Source: Fidelibacterota bacterium (GTDB taxonomy: Bacteria; Fidelibacterota; Marinisomatia; Marinisomatales; TCS56). From it: a stretch of DNA of 31,312 bases. Shown piece by piece: positions 8,778 through 16,623 of the stretch. Numbering within the stretch: the stretch's first letter is position 1; every line of letters begins with the position of its first letter. The stretch covers positions 1-31,312 of the forward strand of contig JBDRBK010000040.1 in NCBI GenBank assembly GCA_043822705.1. The letters run 5' to 3'. The position numbers were made by a program, and so were the translations under genes. The notes beneath the pieces were generated by a model that saw nothing but the letters and a program-made list of their open reading frames with translations, searched no databases and was not told the DNA's origin.

Positions 8778-10640
8778 ATGACTGACACCACCAAAAAATC
8801 CGCTCGCTCGCCCTGGTTCTGGATTCCATCCCTGTATTTCGCCGAAGGCATTCCGTATGCGATGGTGATGTTGATATCAGTGGTGATGTACAAGCGCATG
8901 GGCATTTCCAACGCGGCCATCGCCCTGTACACCAGCTGGTTGTACCTGCCCTGGGTGATCAAGCCGCTCTGGAGCCCGATCGTCGATATTTTAAAGACCA
9001 AACGCTGGTGGATCGTGGTCATGCAGGTCCTGATCGGCGCCGGTCTGGGCGGTGTCGCGCTGACGATACCGATGCCGGGCTTCTTTAAACTGACGCTGGG
9101 CTTTTTCTGGCTGCTGGCGTTCAGCTCCGCCACCCACGATATTGCCGCCGATGGCTTTTACATGCTGGGTCTGTCCAAGCACCAGCAGACCTGGTTCGTC
9201 GGTATCCGCAGCACTTTTTACCGCCTGGCGCTGATAACCGTCCAGGGCTTTTTAATCATGTTCGCCGGCTACGTCGAAAGTCACAGCGGCTTACCCGCCA
9301 CGGCGATTACGATCAGCACCGATCCCCTACTCGACCGTTCGCTGCCAGCTATCGAAACCGTTCTGATGGACGCAACCACCGCCACGCCCCAAATCGTATT
9401 GATGGCCGAATCACAGATGGCGACGATTCCCCGGCAGCCGGAAGCAGTCGAAGCACTGCTCAATTCCGTCCGGGAATGGAATGCCGGCGGCAAACCGGAT
9501 TTGCCGACTACAGCGAGTGCAACTGAATCGAAAGTCGATCAACCGGGATTCTGGAGCCGCTTTATCGTCGATCCGTTGGAGCGTTTTTTAAGTCGGAATT
9601 TCGGACCCGACGAGGTTGTCAGCAGTTCGAAACAAGCCGGTAATGTGGAGTTGATTTACGTTACCTTATCGGCACCACCGGCGGATAAGCAGGCCGTGGT
9701 CGTTAATCTCGGACGCCAGGCCGGCGATAAAAACCTGAACCTGATCGAAGGCAGCCGGATGGTATTCAGTGCCGAAAACTGGAACCGCCCGCAACTGGCC
9801 GTGATCCAGGCCGACCCTAAGCTGAAAACAGCCGTCGCAGCGGAATTTGAGGCCCGCGCCGGTAACATTCCCCTGGCCTGGTCGATTACCTTTGTCATCC
9901 TGGCGGGATTATTCATCGTCTTCTTTATCTATCATCGCTGGATTTTACCCTATCCGGCCAGCGATCTGGAACACCACGAAGAAACGGCGGTCAATTTCTT
10001 CCGTGATTTCCTGAAAGTCTTCGCCGAATTCTTCCGCAAGGAAAAAATCCTGCTGTTCGTAGCCTTCCTGCTGCTGTATCGACTCGGAGAGGCACAGCTG
10101 GTCAAGATCGCACCGCTGTTCATGCTGGACGTGCAGGAAGTGGGCGGATTGGCGCTCACCACCGGCCAGTACGGATTCATTTACGGCACCCTGGGACTGG
10201 CCATGCTCACCGTGGGCGGAATCATCGGCGGACTGGTCGCCGCCCGCAACGGCCTGAAAACCTGGATCTGGTGGATGGCGATCGCCATTAATCTGCCGGA
10301 TGTGGTCTACATTTATATGTCATCGGTACAGCCGGACAATTTCCTGGTCATCAGCCTGTGTGTCGCCATCGAACAGTTGGGCTACGGTTTCGGTTTTACG
10401 GCCTACATGCTGTTCATGATCTATGCCTCCGAAGGACTGCACAAAACCGCCCATTTCGCCATCTGCACCGGTTTCATGGCACTGGGCATGATGATCCCCG
10501 GCATGTTCTCCGGCTGGCTGCAGGAAATCATCGGCTACCAGAATTTCTTCATCTGGGTAATGATCGCCACCATTCCCGGCTTCATCCTTCTATATTTCCT
10601 GCCGATCGATCCCGAGTTCGGTAAGAAAAAACAGGAGTAA
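8778..10640 (+). CDS. ampG: AmpG-like MFS muropeptide permease with a large soluble insertion
   Basis: LYFAEGIPY, LPWVIKPLWSPIVD, SATHDIAADG, LLYRLGE and KTAHFAI motifs of the AmpG family. 620 aa with a hydrophilic segment at about nt 9280-9860. Confidence 0.88.
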   Translation: MTDTTKKSARSPWFWIPSLYFAEGIPYAMVMLISVVMYKRMGISNAAIALYTSWLYLPWVIKPLWSPIVDILKTKRWWIVVMQVLIGAGLGGVALTIPMPGFFKLTLGFFWLLAFSSATHDIAADGFYMLGLSKHQQTWFVGIRSTFYRLALITVQGFLIMFAGYVESHSGLPATAITISTDPLLDRSLPAIETVLMDATTATPQIVLMAESQMATIPRQPEAVEALLNSVREWNAGGKPDLPTTASATESKVDQPGFWSRFIVDPLERFLSRNFGPDEVVSSSKQAGNVELIYVTLSAPPADKQAVVVNLGRQAGDKNLNLIEGSRMVFSAENWNRPQLAVIQADPKLKTAVAAEFEARAGNIPLAWSITFVILAGLFIVFFIYHRWILPYPASDLEHHEETAVNFFRDFLKVFAEFFRKEKILLFVAFLLLYRLGEAQLVKIAPLFMLDVQEVGGLALTTGQYGFIYGTLGLAMLTVGGIIGGLVAARNGLKTWIWWMAIAINLPDVVYIYMSSVQPDNFLVISLCVAIEQLGYGFGFTAYMLFMIYASEGLHKTAHFAICTGFMALGMMIPGMFSGWLQEIIGYQNFFIWVMIATIPGFILLYFLPIDPEFGKKKQE

Positions 10641-10643
10641 CCA

Positions 10644-11777
10644 ATGATCAACAATCAACGTTTCATGTCTTTGGATGCCTTCCGGGGCCTGACGATTGCC
10701 TTGATGATTCTGGTCAATACGCCCGGCAGTTGGAGCCACGTCTACGCACCCCTGCGCCACGCCCCCTGGAACGGCTGCACGCCCACCGACCTGGTCTTCC
10801 CCTTCTTCCTGTTCATCGTCGGTGTCGCCATGCGCTTTTCCTTCAAAAAATTCGAATATCGCCTGGACTCTCCGGCAGTCCGGAAAATTCTGGGCCGCAC
10901 GGCGACGATTTTCGTCATCGGCCTGCTGCTGAACGCCTACCCGTTCATCCGCCAGGATTGGGATTATTCGACCCTGCGGATCATGGGTGTGCTGCAGCGG
11001 ATCGCCCTGGCCTACGGCGCAGCCTCCCTGCTGGTGCTGTGGCTGGACTGGAAACGGCAAATTTACGTCGGCGCCGGTATCCTGGTGTTTTACTGGCTGG
11101 CGATGTGGATCGGCGGTACCAGTCCCGAACCGTTCAGCCTGCTGAATAATTTTGCCAACAAGATCGATCTGGCTATCCTCGGTGACGGCCATGTCTACCA
11201 TGGTTACCGCGATGCCCTCGACCAGCGCGTAGCCTTCGACCCGGAGGGACTGTTCAGCACGCTGCCGGCGATCGTTACCGCCATGCTGGGTTACCAGATC
11301 GGCACCATCATCCAGTCCGCCAAGAACCAGAAGGATAATCTGAAACTGTTGTTGATGGTCGGCGCCGCCCTGGTGGCCGCCGGCTGGCTGTGGGGACTGT
11401 TCTTCCCGATCAACAAACCGATCTGGAGCAGTTCCTACGTCCTGTTCACCGGGGGACTGGCGACATTGTTCCTGACACTGTGCATCTGGCTGATCGACAT
11501 CCGCGGCTGGAAAAAACCGGCCTGGCCGTTCGTGATCTTCGGCACCAACTCGATTTTCGTGTTCGCCGCCTCGGGCCTGTGGGCCAAAACCATCGGCCGG
11601 CTCGAATACACCCTCGACCACGAAACGGTATCGGGCTACAGTTACCTGTATAAAACGATTTTCGTGCCGATGGCCGGCGAACTGAACGGCTCGCTGCTGT
11701 TCGCCTTGAGCCATATTTTGGCATGGTGGCTGATGCTGTACTGGCTGGACCGGAAAAAGATTTACATCAAGATTTAG
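10644..11777 (+). CDS. DUF5009/DUF1624 HGSNAT-like membrane protein (NagX/MurT-like)
   Basis: RFMSLDAFRGLTI..MILVN, HAPWNG.TPTDLVFPFFLFIVG, GVLQRI, FDPEG and PINKPIWSSSY motifs; multiple TM helices. Confidence 0.9.
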   Translation: MINNQRFMSLDAFRGLTIALMILVNTPGSWSHVYAPLRHAPWNGCTPTDLVFPFFLFIVGVAMRFSFKKFEYRLDSPAVRKILGRTATIFVIGLLLNAYPFIRQDWDYSTLRIMGVLQRIALAYGAASLLVLWLDWKRQIYVGAGILVFYWLAMWIGGTSPEPFSLLNNFANKIDLAILGDGHVYHGYRDALDQRVAFDPEGLFSTLPAIVTAMLGYQIGTIIQSAKNQKDNLKLLLMVGAALVAAGWLWGLFFPINKPIWSSSYVLFTGGLATLFLTLCIWLIDIRGWKKPAWPFVIFGTNSIFVFAASGLWAKTIGRLEYTLDHETVSGYSYLYKTIFVPMAGELNGSLLFALSHILAWWLMLYWLDRKKIYIKI

Positions 11778-11786
11778 TCCGCACGT

Positions 11787-11830
11787 AAACTGCCGGCTTC
11801 CGACGCACCGTTGCCGGAAGCCGGTAGTTT
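11787..11830 (+). terminator. Stem-loop after the PG-salvage operon (probable terminator)
   Basis: AAACTGCCGGCTTCCG...CGGAAGCCGGTAGTTT, a 16-bp stem with one G-U pair, 10 nt after the stop at 11777; the U-tract is short. Confidence 0.6.
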
Positions 11831-11923
11831 CGTACTGCTGCTGCCATGGTGTGATACAGTCCTGGCACCGGGGCCGGTTTCGATTTCCGGACCATCGGCG
11901 GCAAGCTAATTGTGAAAAGAAAA

Positions 11924-12820
11924 ATGAGTAACCAGAAAATCTTGCTCTCTTTTCTGTCGATAACGATGGCCACTATGCTGGTCCAATGCACCAAATCAAC
12001 CAGCCCTGAAATCCCTAATTATTATTGCAACCAGCCGCCGCCGGGAATAACACCTGAATTGTACGCACCGGAAATCTTTGCATCCACAGGAGGACAACTG
12101 CATGGATTTCCGGCCATAGCACCTGCCGGGAATGAAATCCACTGGCCCGTTTTGCCCCCGAAAATCCTGTATGTCACTTTCACCAACGGCGAATGGTCAC
12201 AACCGGAAACCGCGTCCTGTTCCACGGGGAATATCCAGGCGCCGGTCTACTCCGCGGACGGGAAAAAACTGTTTTTCCAGTTGAGCGATCCGGCGGGCTT
12301 CGGGAGTCTTGACATCTGCTATATTGAGCAAACCGACACTGGCTGGAGTGCGAAGAAAAATCTTGGCCAGCCGCCGAACACGGCACAACTGGAATCGCAG
12401 CCATCCTTCACTCATTCCGGTACTGTATACTATACCGGCTATTACCAGCATGGGCTTTGGGGCCGTGGAATCTATCGGAGTGTTTTCCGCGCCGGTAAAT
12501 ACGAAAAGCCGCAATTATTGCCGGCCACGATAAATACGAAATATCTGGATTACACGCCCTTTATTGCCGCCGACGAAAGTTTTTTACTGTTTTCGTCCTC
12601 TCGACCGACCATGGACGAAAGCGCACTCCGGCTGTACGTAAGCTTCCGGGACAGCGCCGGGAACTGGTCGACTCCGCACAATCTTAATGATCTGATGGAA
12701 TTTGACCAACCCAGTCGGTTTCCCTGCCTGACGCCGGACAACAAGTTTATCATCTTTTTAAGTGGCAATAAGTACTACTGGGTCAGCAGTAAAATTCTCG
12801 AGCTGTGCCGGCCGGAATGA
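11924..12820 (+). CDS. PD40 (TolB/WD40-like beta-propeller) repeat lipoprotein
   Basis: Signal with lipobox LVQC. Repeats APVYSADGKKLFF, PFIAADESFLLFSSSR and PCLTPDNKFIIF. Start ATG 11924, or GTG 11912. Confidence 0.78.
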   Translation: MSNQKILLSFLSITMATMLVQCTKSTSPEIPNYYCNQPPPGITPELYAPEIFASTGGQLHGFPAIAPAGNEIHWPVLPPKILYVTFTNGEWSQPETASCSTGNIQAPVYSADGKKLFFQLSDPAGFGSLDICYIEQTDTGWSAKKNLGQPPNTAQLESQPSFTHSGTVYYTGYYQHGLWGRGIYRSVFRAGKYEKPQLLPATINTKYLDYTPFIAADESFLLFSSSRPTMDESALRLYVSFRDSAGNWSTPHNLNDLMEFDQPSRFPCLTPDNKFIIFLSGNKYYWVSSKILELCRPE

Positions 12821-12928
12821 TACGTGAAATTTTACCGGTGATGAATAACGAAATATTTGCGACAGAGGCAGCGACGGCAACGCTTGGTCGCGATCGATTA
12901 ATTAATCAACAAAACTGAGGGGGTTGAC

Positions 12929-13297
12929 ATGAATAATCAGGAAAACCTGGATCTGGCGAAGATCGAACAAATCCAGAAGGACCGTCAGGAAGCCCATAAA
13001 TTCTTTTATGAAAAGTCCAAGGTCTACCGCATCTTTACCGAAATGGAACAGAAGACCTTTAAGGACGGGAAATTACTTAAAAAGCATAAGGAATTGATCG
13101 CCATCGGCATTTCGCTGGTCAACAGTTGTGAATCCTGCCTGGAATGGCACATCAAGCAGGCCCTGGACACCGGTGCGACGCTGGAAGAAGTGATCGAGGC
13201 GCTCGAAGTCGGTTTTGAAATGGGCATCGGGCCGACAACCGTTACCGGCAGGTTCGCGATGAAGGTTCTCAAGCACCATCTTGGTGACGATATTTAG
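12929..13297 (+). CDS. Carboxymuconolactone decarboxylase/AhpD-like protein
   Basis: KHKELIAIGIS..CESCLEWH..ALDTGATLEEVIEAL (CxxC-xx-xH AhpD core); GAGGGGG RBS upstream. Confidence 0.88.
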   Translation: MNNQENLDLAKIEQIQKDRQEAHKFFYEKSKVYRIFTEMEQKTFKDGKLLKKHKELIAIGISLVNSCESCLEWHIKQALDTGATLEEVIEALEVGFEMGIGPTTVTGRFAMKVLKHHLGDDI

Positions 13298-13378
13298 TCC
13301 GCGCCTACCGTTCAGCGATTTTTGATACCATTAAATATCCGGATTGGATAAGCTCGCTAATCCAATTTGGAGGAAATC

Positions 13379-13945
13379 ATGCGCAGTCTTCTGTTAGTAT
13401 TAATTGCATTGGGAGCCATCATGGCGGCAGATAAACCAGAACCGATGAAACCGGCCCTGCTGGTGATCGACATCCAGAAAGCTTACCTGGAATGGATGTC
13501 GCAGGAAGACCAGGCCGAAGTACTCGAATACATCAACGCCAGCATCCAGATCTTCCGCCAGGCCGGTTTGCCGATCATTCGCGTCTACAACACCAGTCCC
13601 GAGCACGGTCCCGCCCAGGGCAGCGCCGAATTCGAATTTCCCGAGTCGGTGCCGATCCTGCCGGAGGACCCGCTGGTGGTAAAAAATTACGGTAACAGTT
13701 TCAAGCAGACCGATCTGCAGAAAATCCTGAAAAAGCAGGATGTGAACACGCTGTTCCTGTGCGGACTCAGCGCCACCGGCTGCGTGCTGGCCACCTACTA
13801 CGGCGCCAAGGACCTGGACTACGATGTTTTCATGATCAAGAATGCCCTGCTGAGTCCCAGTGTCAAATACACCAAATCAATCGAAGAAATATTCGACGCC
13901 CTGCCCTACCCGGCCCTGCGATTACTGATCAATAACGTAAAATAG
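13379..13945 (+). CDS. Isochorismatase-family cysteine hydrolase with predicted signal peptide
   Basis: ALLVIDIQ (Asp), VVKNYGNSF (Lys) and GLSATGCV (Cys) triad. ATG 13379 follows GGAGG; N-terminus MRSLLLVLIALGAIMA is signal-like. Confidence 0.85.
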   Translation: MRSLLLVLIALGAIMAADKPEPMKPALLVIDIQKAYLEWMSQEDQAEVLEYINASIQIFRQAGLPIIRVYNTSPEHGPAQGSAEFEFPESVPILPEDPLVVKNYGNSFKQTDLQKILKKQDVNTLFLCGLSATGCVLATYYGAKDLDYDVFMIKNALLSPSVKYTKSIEEIFDALPYPALRLLINNVK

Positions 13946-13957
13946 ACCAGACTCCCC

Positions 13958-14725
13958 ATGGATGACACCCTGAAAACGATTCTGAAACGCCGCTCGCTCC
14001 GCGCTTACGCCAAACGCCCCATCGAACCTGAACACCGGGACCAGATTCTCGAAGCCACGCTGCGCTCACCCACCGCGGGCAACCTGATGCTGTACTCGAT
14101 CGTCGAGGTCACCGATCAGGCCGTCAAGGATCGATTGGTCAACTCCTGTGACAACCAGCCCTTCATCGCCAAAGCGCCGCTGGTGTGGCTGTTCCTGGCG
14201 GACTACCAGCGCTGGTGGGATGCCTTCCAGGCCGGTGACGTGCCCGGCTACTGCCAGCGGGAAGGACTGGAGTTCCGCAAGCCCACCGAGGGTGATCTGA
14301 TGATCGCCAGTTGCGACGCCCTGATCGCCGCCCAGACCGCCGTCATCGCCGCCGAAGCGTTGGGAATCGGCTCCTGTTACATCGGCGACATCATGGAGAA
14401 TTACGAATTCCACCGCGATCTGTTCGGCCTGCCGCCCTATGTTTTCCCGATCACCCTGCTGTGCTTCGGCTATCCCCGGGATGGCGGCCGGGATAAACCG
14501 CTGTCGCCGCGCTACCCGGCGGAATACATCATTCATGAGAATAAATACCGGCGGTTCGACGCCGCCACTCACAACCGGGTTCTGGCCGAGCGCAAGGCCG
14601 ACCGCTTCGACGGCAACGCCGAAAACTTTGCCCAGCATATCTACTACCGCAAATACTCCGCGGCGTTCACGCTGGAACTTAACCACTCGGTGCGGGCGAT
14701 TCTGGCTAACTGGACCGGGAAATAG
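13958..14725 (+). CDS. Nitroreductase/flavin reductase (NfsA/Frp-like)
   Basis: RRSLRAY, SPTAGNLMLYSIV, QPFIAKAP, AAEALGIGSCYIG and LCFGYP motifs. Confidence 0.9.
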   Translation: MDDTLKTILKRRSLRAYAKRPIEPEHRDQILEATLRSPTAGNLMLYSIVEVTDQAVKDRLVNSCDNQPFIAKAPLVWLFLADYQRWWDAFQAGDVPGYCQREGLEFRKPTEGDLMIASCDALIAAQTAVIAAEALGIGSCYIGDIMENYEFHRDLFGLPPYVFPITLLCFGYPRDGGRDKPLSPRYPAEYIIHENKYRRFDAATHNRVLAERKADRFDGNAENFAQHIYYRKYSAAFTLELNHSVRAILANWTGK

Positions 14726-14971
14726 ACACGGGATTATATTGCACATGTTGAGACCCACACAGGTCTCCTGCGGAGCCCACCCCTCCCCGGAGAGGATTTT
14801 CAGATCAATCCACCGTTTGAGTGGGTTAACGTCGCATTCCGGTGGTAATATCTCTTGCCTGACAACCCGACCAGCGCTTCAAGAGCGACCGGATAGCAAA
14901 ATGTGAATTTTGTACCTGCTCACCCGGCCGATTGCGGCGGTAAAATTCAACCAGTTAACTGGAGTAGAATA

Positions 14972-15211
14972 ATGTCCGAACCCAAAATCGCTCAGAAAAA
15001 GCCCTATGTTCTGAAAGCGGAAGCCGGTAAAACCTATGCCTGGTGCGCCTGCGGTCTCTCCGCCCGGCAGCCATTCTGCGATGGCAGCCACAAGTCTACC
15101 GATATCACGCCGATTATTGTAAAGCCGGAGGAAGCTAAAACTGTCGCCTGGTGTGGATGTAAGCAATCCGGCACTAAACCTTATTGCGACGGCACACATT
15201 CAAAACTTTAA
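14972..15211 (+). CDS. Tandem CDGSH 2Fe-2S domain protein (MiNT/CISD3-like)
   Basis: Two motifs, [17 protein letters not shown] and [20 protein letters not shown] 14972 follows GGAG. Confidence 0.92.
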   Translation: MSEPKIAQKKPYVLKAEAGKTYAWCACGLSARQPFCDGSHKSTDITPIIVKPEEAKTVAWCGCKQSGTKPYCDGTHSKL

Positions 15212-15268
15212 ACCGCTTCAGGATCAACCTGCGACCGGTAAGCCGTGGTGCAAAACACCACCGCTGAA

Positions 15269-15550
15269 TCTATGCCGTACCCTGTGGGTGCCATTGCCGT
15301 CCACAGGGGGTGCCATTGCCATGCATAGGGGGGTCTATTGCCGTGCACAGGGGGACCTATTGCCGTGCTCTGTGGGTGCCATTGCCGTACACAGAGGAGT
15401 CTATTGCCGTACATAGGGGGACCTATTGCCGTGCGCAGGGGGGTCTGTTGCCATGCAAAGGGGGACCTATTGCCGTGCGCAGGGGGGTCTGTTGCCATGC
15501 ATAGGGGGACCTATTGCCGTGCATACGGGGGTCGATTGCCGTGCATAGGG
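15269..15550. repeat. Tandem array A: ~13 degenerate 22-bp units, consensus CTATTGCCGTGCAYAGGGGGRY
   Basis: Units start at 15269, 15291, 15313 ... 15533, an exact 22-nt period without indels. Units 8-9 and 10-11 form a near-identical 44-bp higher-order repeat. Confidence 0.95.
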
Positions 15551-15662
15551 CCGCTAATTCCAGGTCTGCGCTGTCGCTCCGGCAGACAGGCAGGTCTCGT
15601 TTTGCGACCCGGAAGGTTTCAAATCGGGAAGGTAAATTTCTCAAGCAATCAACGATTGGAAA

Positions 15663-16181
15663 ATGGAAATGCACAGGAATAAAATAATTGAAATCACCAC
15701 TTATATTGTAGTCGCCACCGCCATCTGGGTCGTGTCACCGGCGCTGGGCAAGTACATCGACACTTTCTATTTCCCCTATCCGAAATTGCTGGCGGACTCG
15801 CCGGCAACGCTGCTGGCCGGATTCGGGGTTATTCTGATCGGCGTAATCCTGGCGGTCCGGACGATTGTTTTATTCAAGACCGAAGGCGGCGGCACGCCCA
15901 ATCCCAAATTGCCGCCCCGGAATTTCGTCGTCAGCGGACCCTACCGGATTTCGCGCAACCCGATGGCTGTGGGCGGATTCTTTACCTTGGTGGGTGAGTC
16001 CATCGTCTATTACTCGCCTTCGCTGGCGGGAATCAGCCTGCTGTTTGCCATAATCCTGTATTTTAATACCCGGTTTATCGAAGAACCGGAGCTGAGGCGA
16101 CGCTTCGGCGCTCCCTATGAGGAATATCTCCGGCGTGTTCCACGGTTCTTTCCCAATCCGTGGAAATGGTATAACAACTGA
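15663..16181 (+). CDS. Isoprenylcysteine carboxylmethyltransferase/PEMT-family membrane protein
   Basis: GGGTP..PP..VVSGPYRISRNPM, EEPELRRRFG..YEEY.RRVPRF and several TM helices. Confidence 0.88.
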   Translation: MEMHRNKIIEITTYIVVATAIWVVSPALGKYIDTFYFPYPKLLADSPATLLAGFGVILIGVILAVRTIVLFKTEGGGTPNPKLPPRNFVVSGPYRISRNPMAVGGFFTLVGESIVYYSPSLAGISLLFAIILYFNTRFIEEPELRRRFGAPYEEYLRRVPRFFPNPWKWYNN

Positions 16182-16477
16182 TTGATTCGGTACGATCCGG
16201 CCCCGGTCCGCACTTTGTTAAGCATATTTCGTAAATCTTACTCAGTAGTATTTGGATTGATTTAAGAATAACGAACAAGTAGTGTTGATTTGTGAAGTAT
16301 CCATAAACCGGGCACATTCCCAAATCCTTCACACTTCATAATTCGTTAATACTTGCTCTAAAATCAATTTCCCCTTGCCATATCCGCCACCTGCACCCTA
16401 AACTCACCTACATTAACCGGATGTAGGAACCATGCCTGCTGCTATTTACTGTCGATTGTTTCCGGGGTAGAGAATGT

Positions 16478-16583
16478 TATTTAGAATTAATGTTCGGAAT
16501 AATATTAGGAATGAAAAATATCAATAAACCGCCCTGTGCTTTCCCGGTACTGGAAATAATATTTAGAATAACTATTCTGAATA
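16478..16583. promoter_or_regulatory. Two 24-bp imperfect palindromes (candidate operators)
   Basis: 16478-16501 TATTTAGAATTAATGTTCGGAATA and 16560-16583 TATTTAGAATAACTATTCTGAATA; 20/24 identical, each made of two TATTYNGAATA-like 11-mers. Confidence 0.45.
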
Positions 16584-16623
16584 TCATGATTTTGGGGGAC
16601 TGCGAAATTCTTCATAAATAATA

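Noticed and set aside
7679..9133. Long antisense ORFs (484 aa here; also 5452-6246, 10590-11714, 22454-23644, 24175-24957)
   Set aside because: They are shadows of well-supported genes on the opposite strand, expected in GC-rich DNA, and have no recognisable motifs.
15153..15682. Several short Cys/Gly-rich ORFs over array A
   Set aside because: They are translations of a 22-bp non-triplet repeat in several frames and both strands, with no evidence of coding.
16075..16332. Minus-strand 85-aa ORF as an integrase remnant
   Set aside because: It has no tyrosine-recombinase motifs and overlaps the methyltransferase 3' end.
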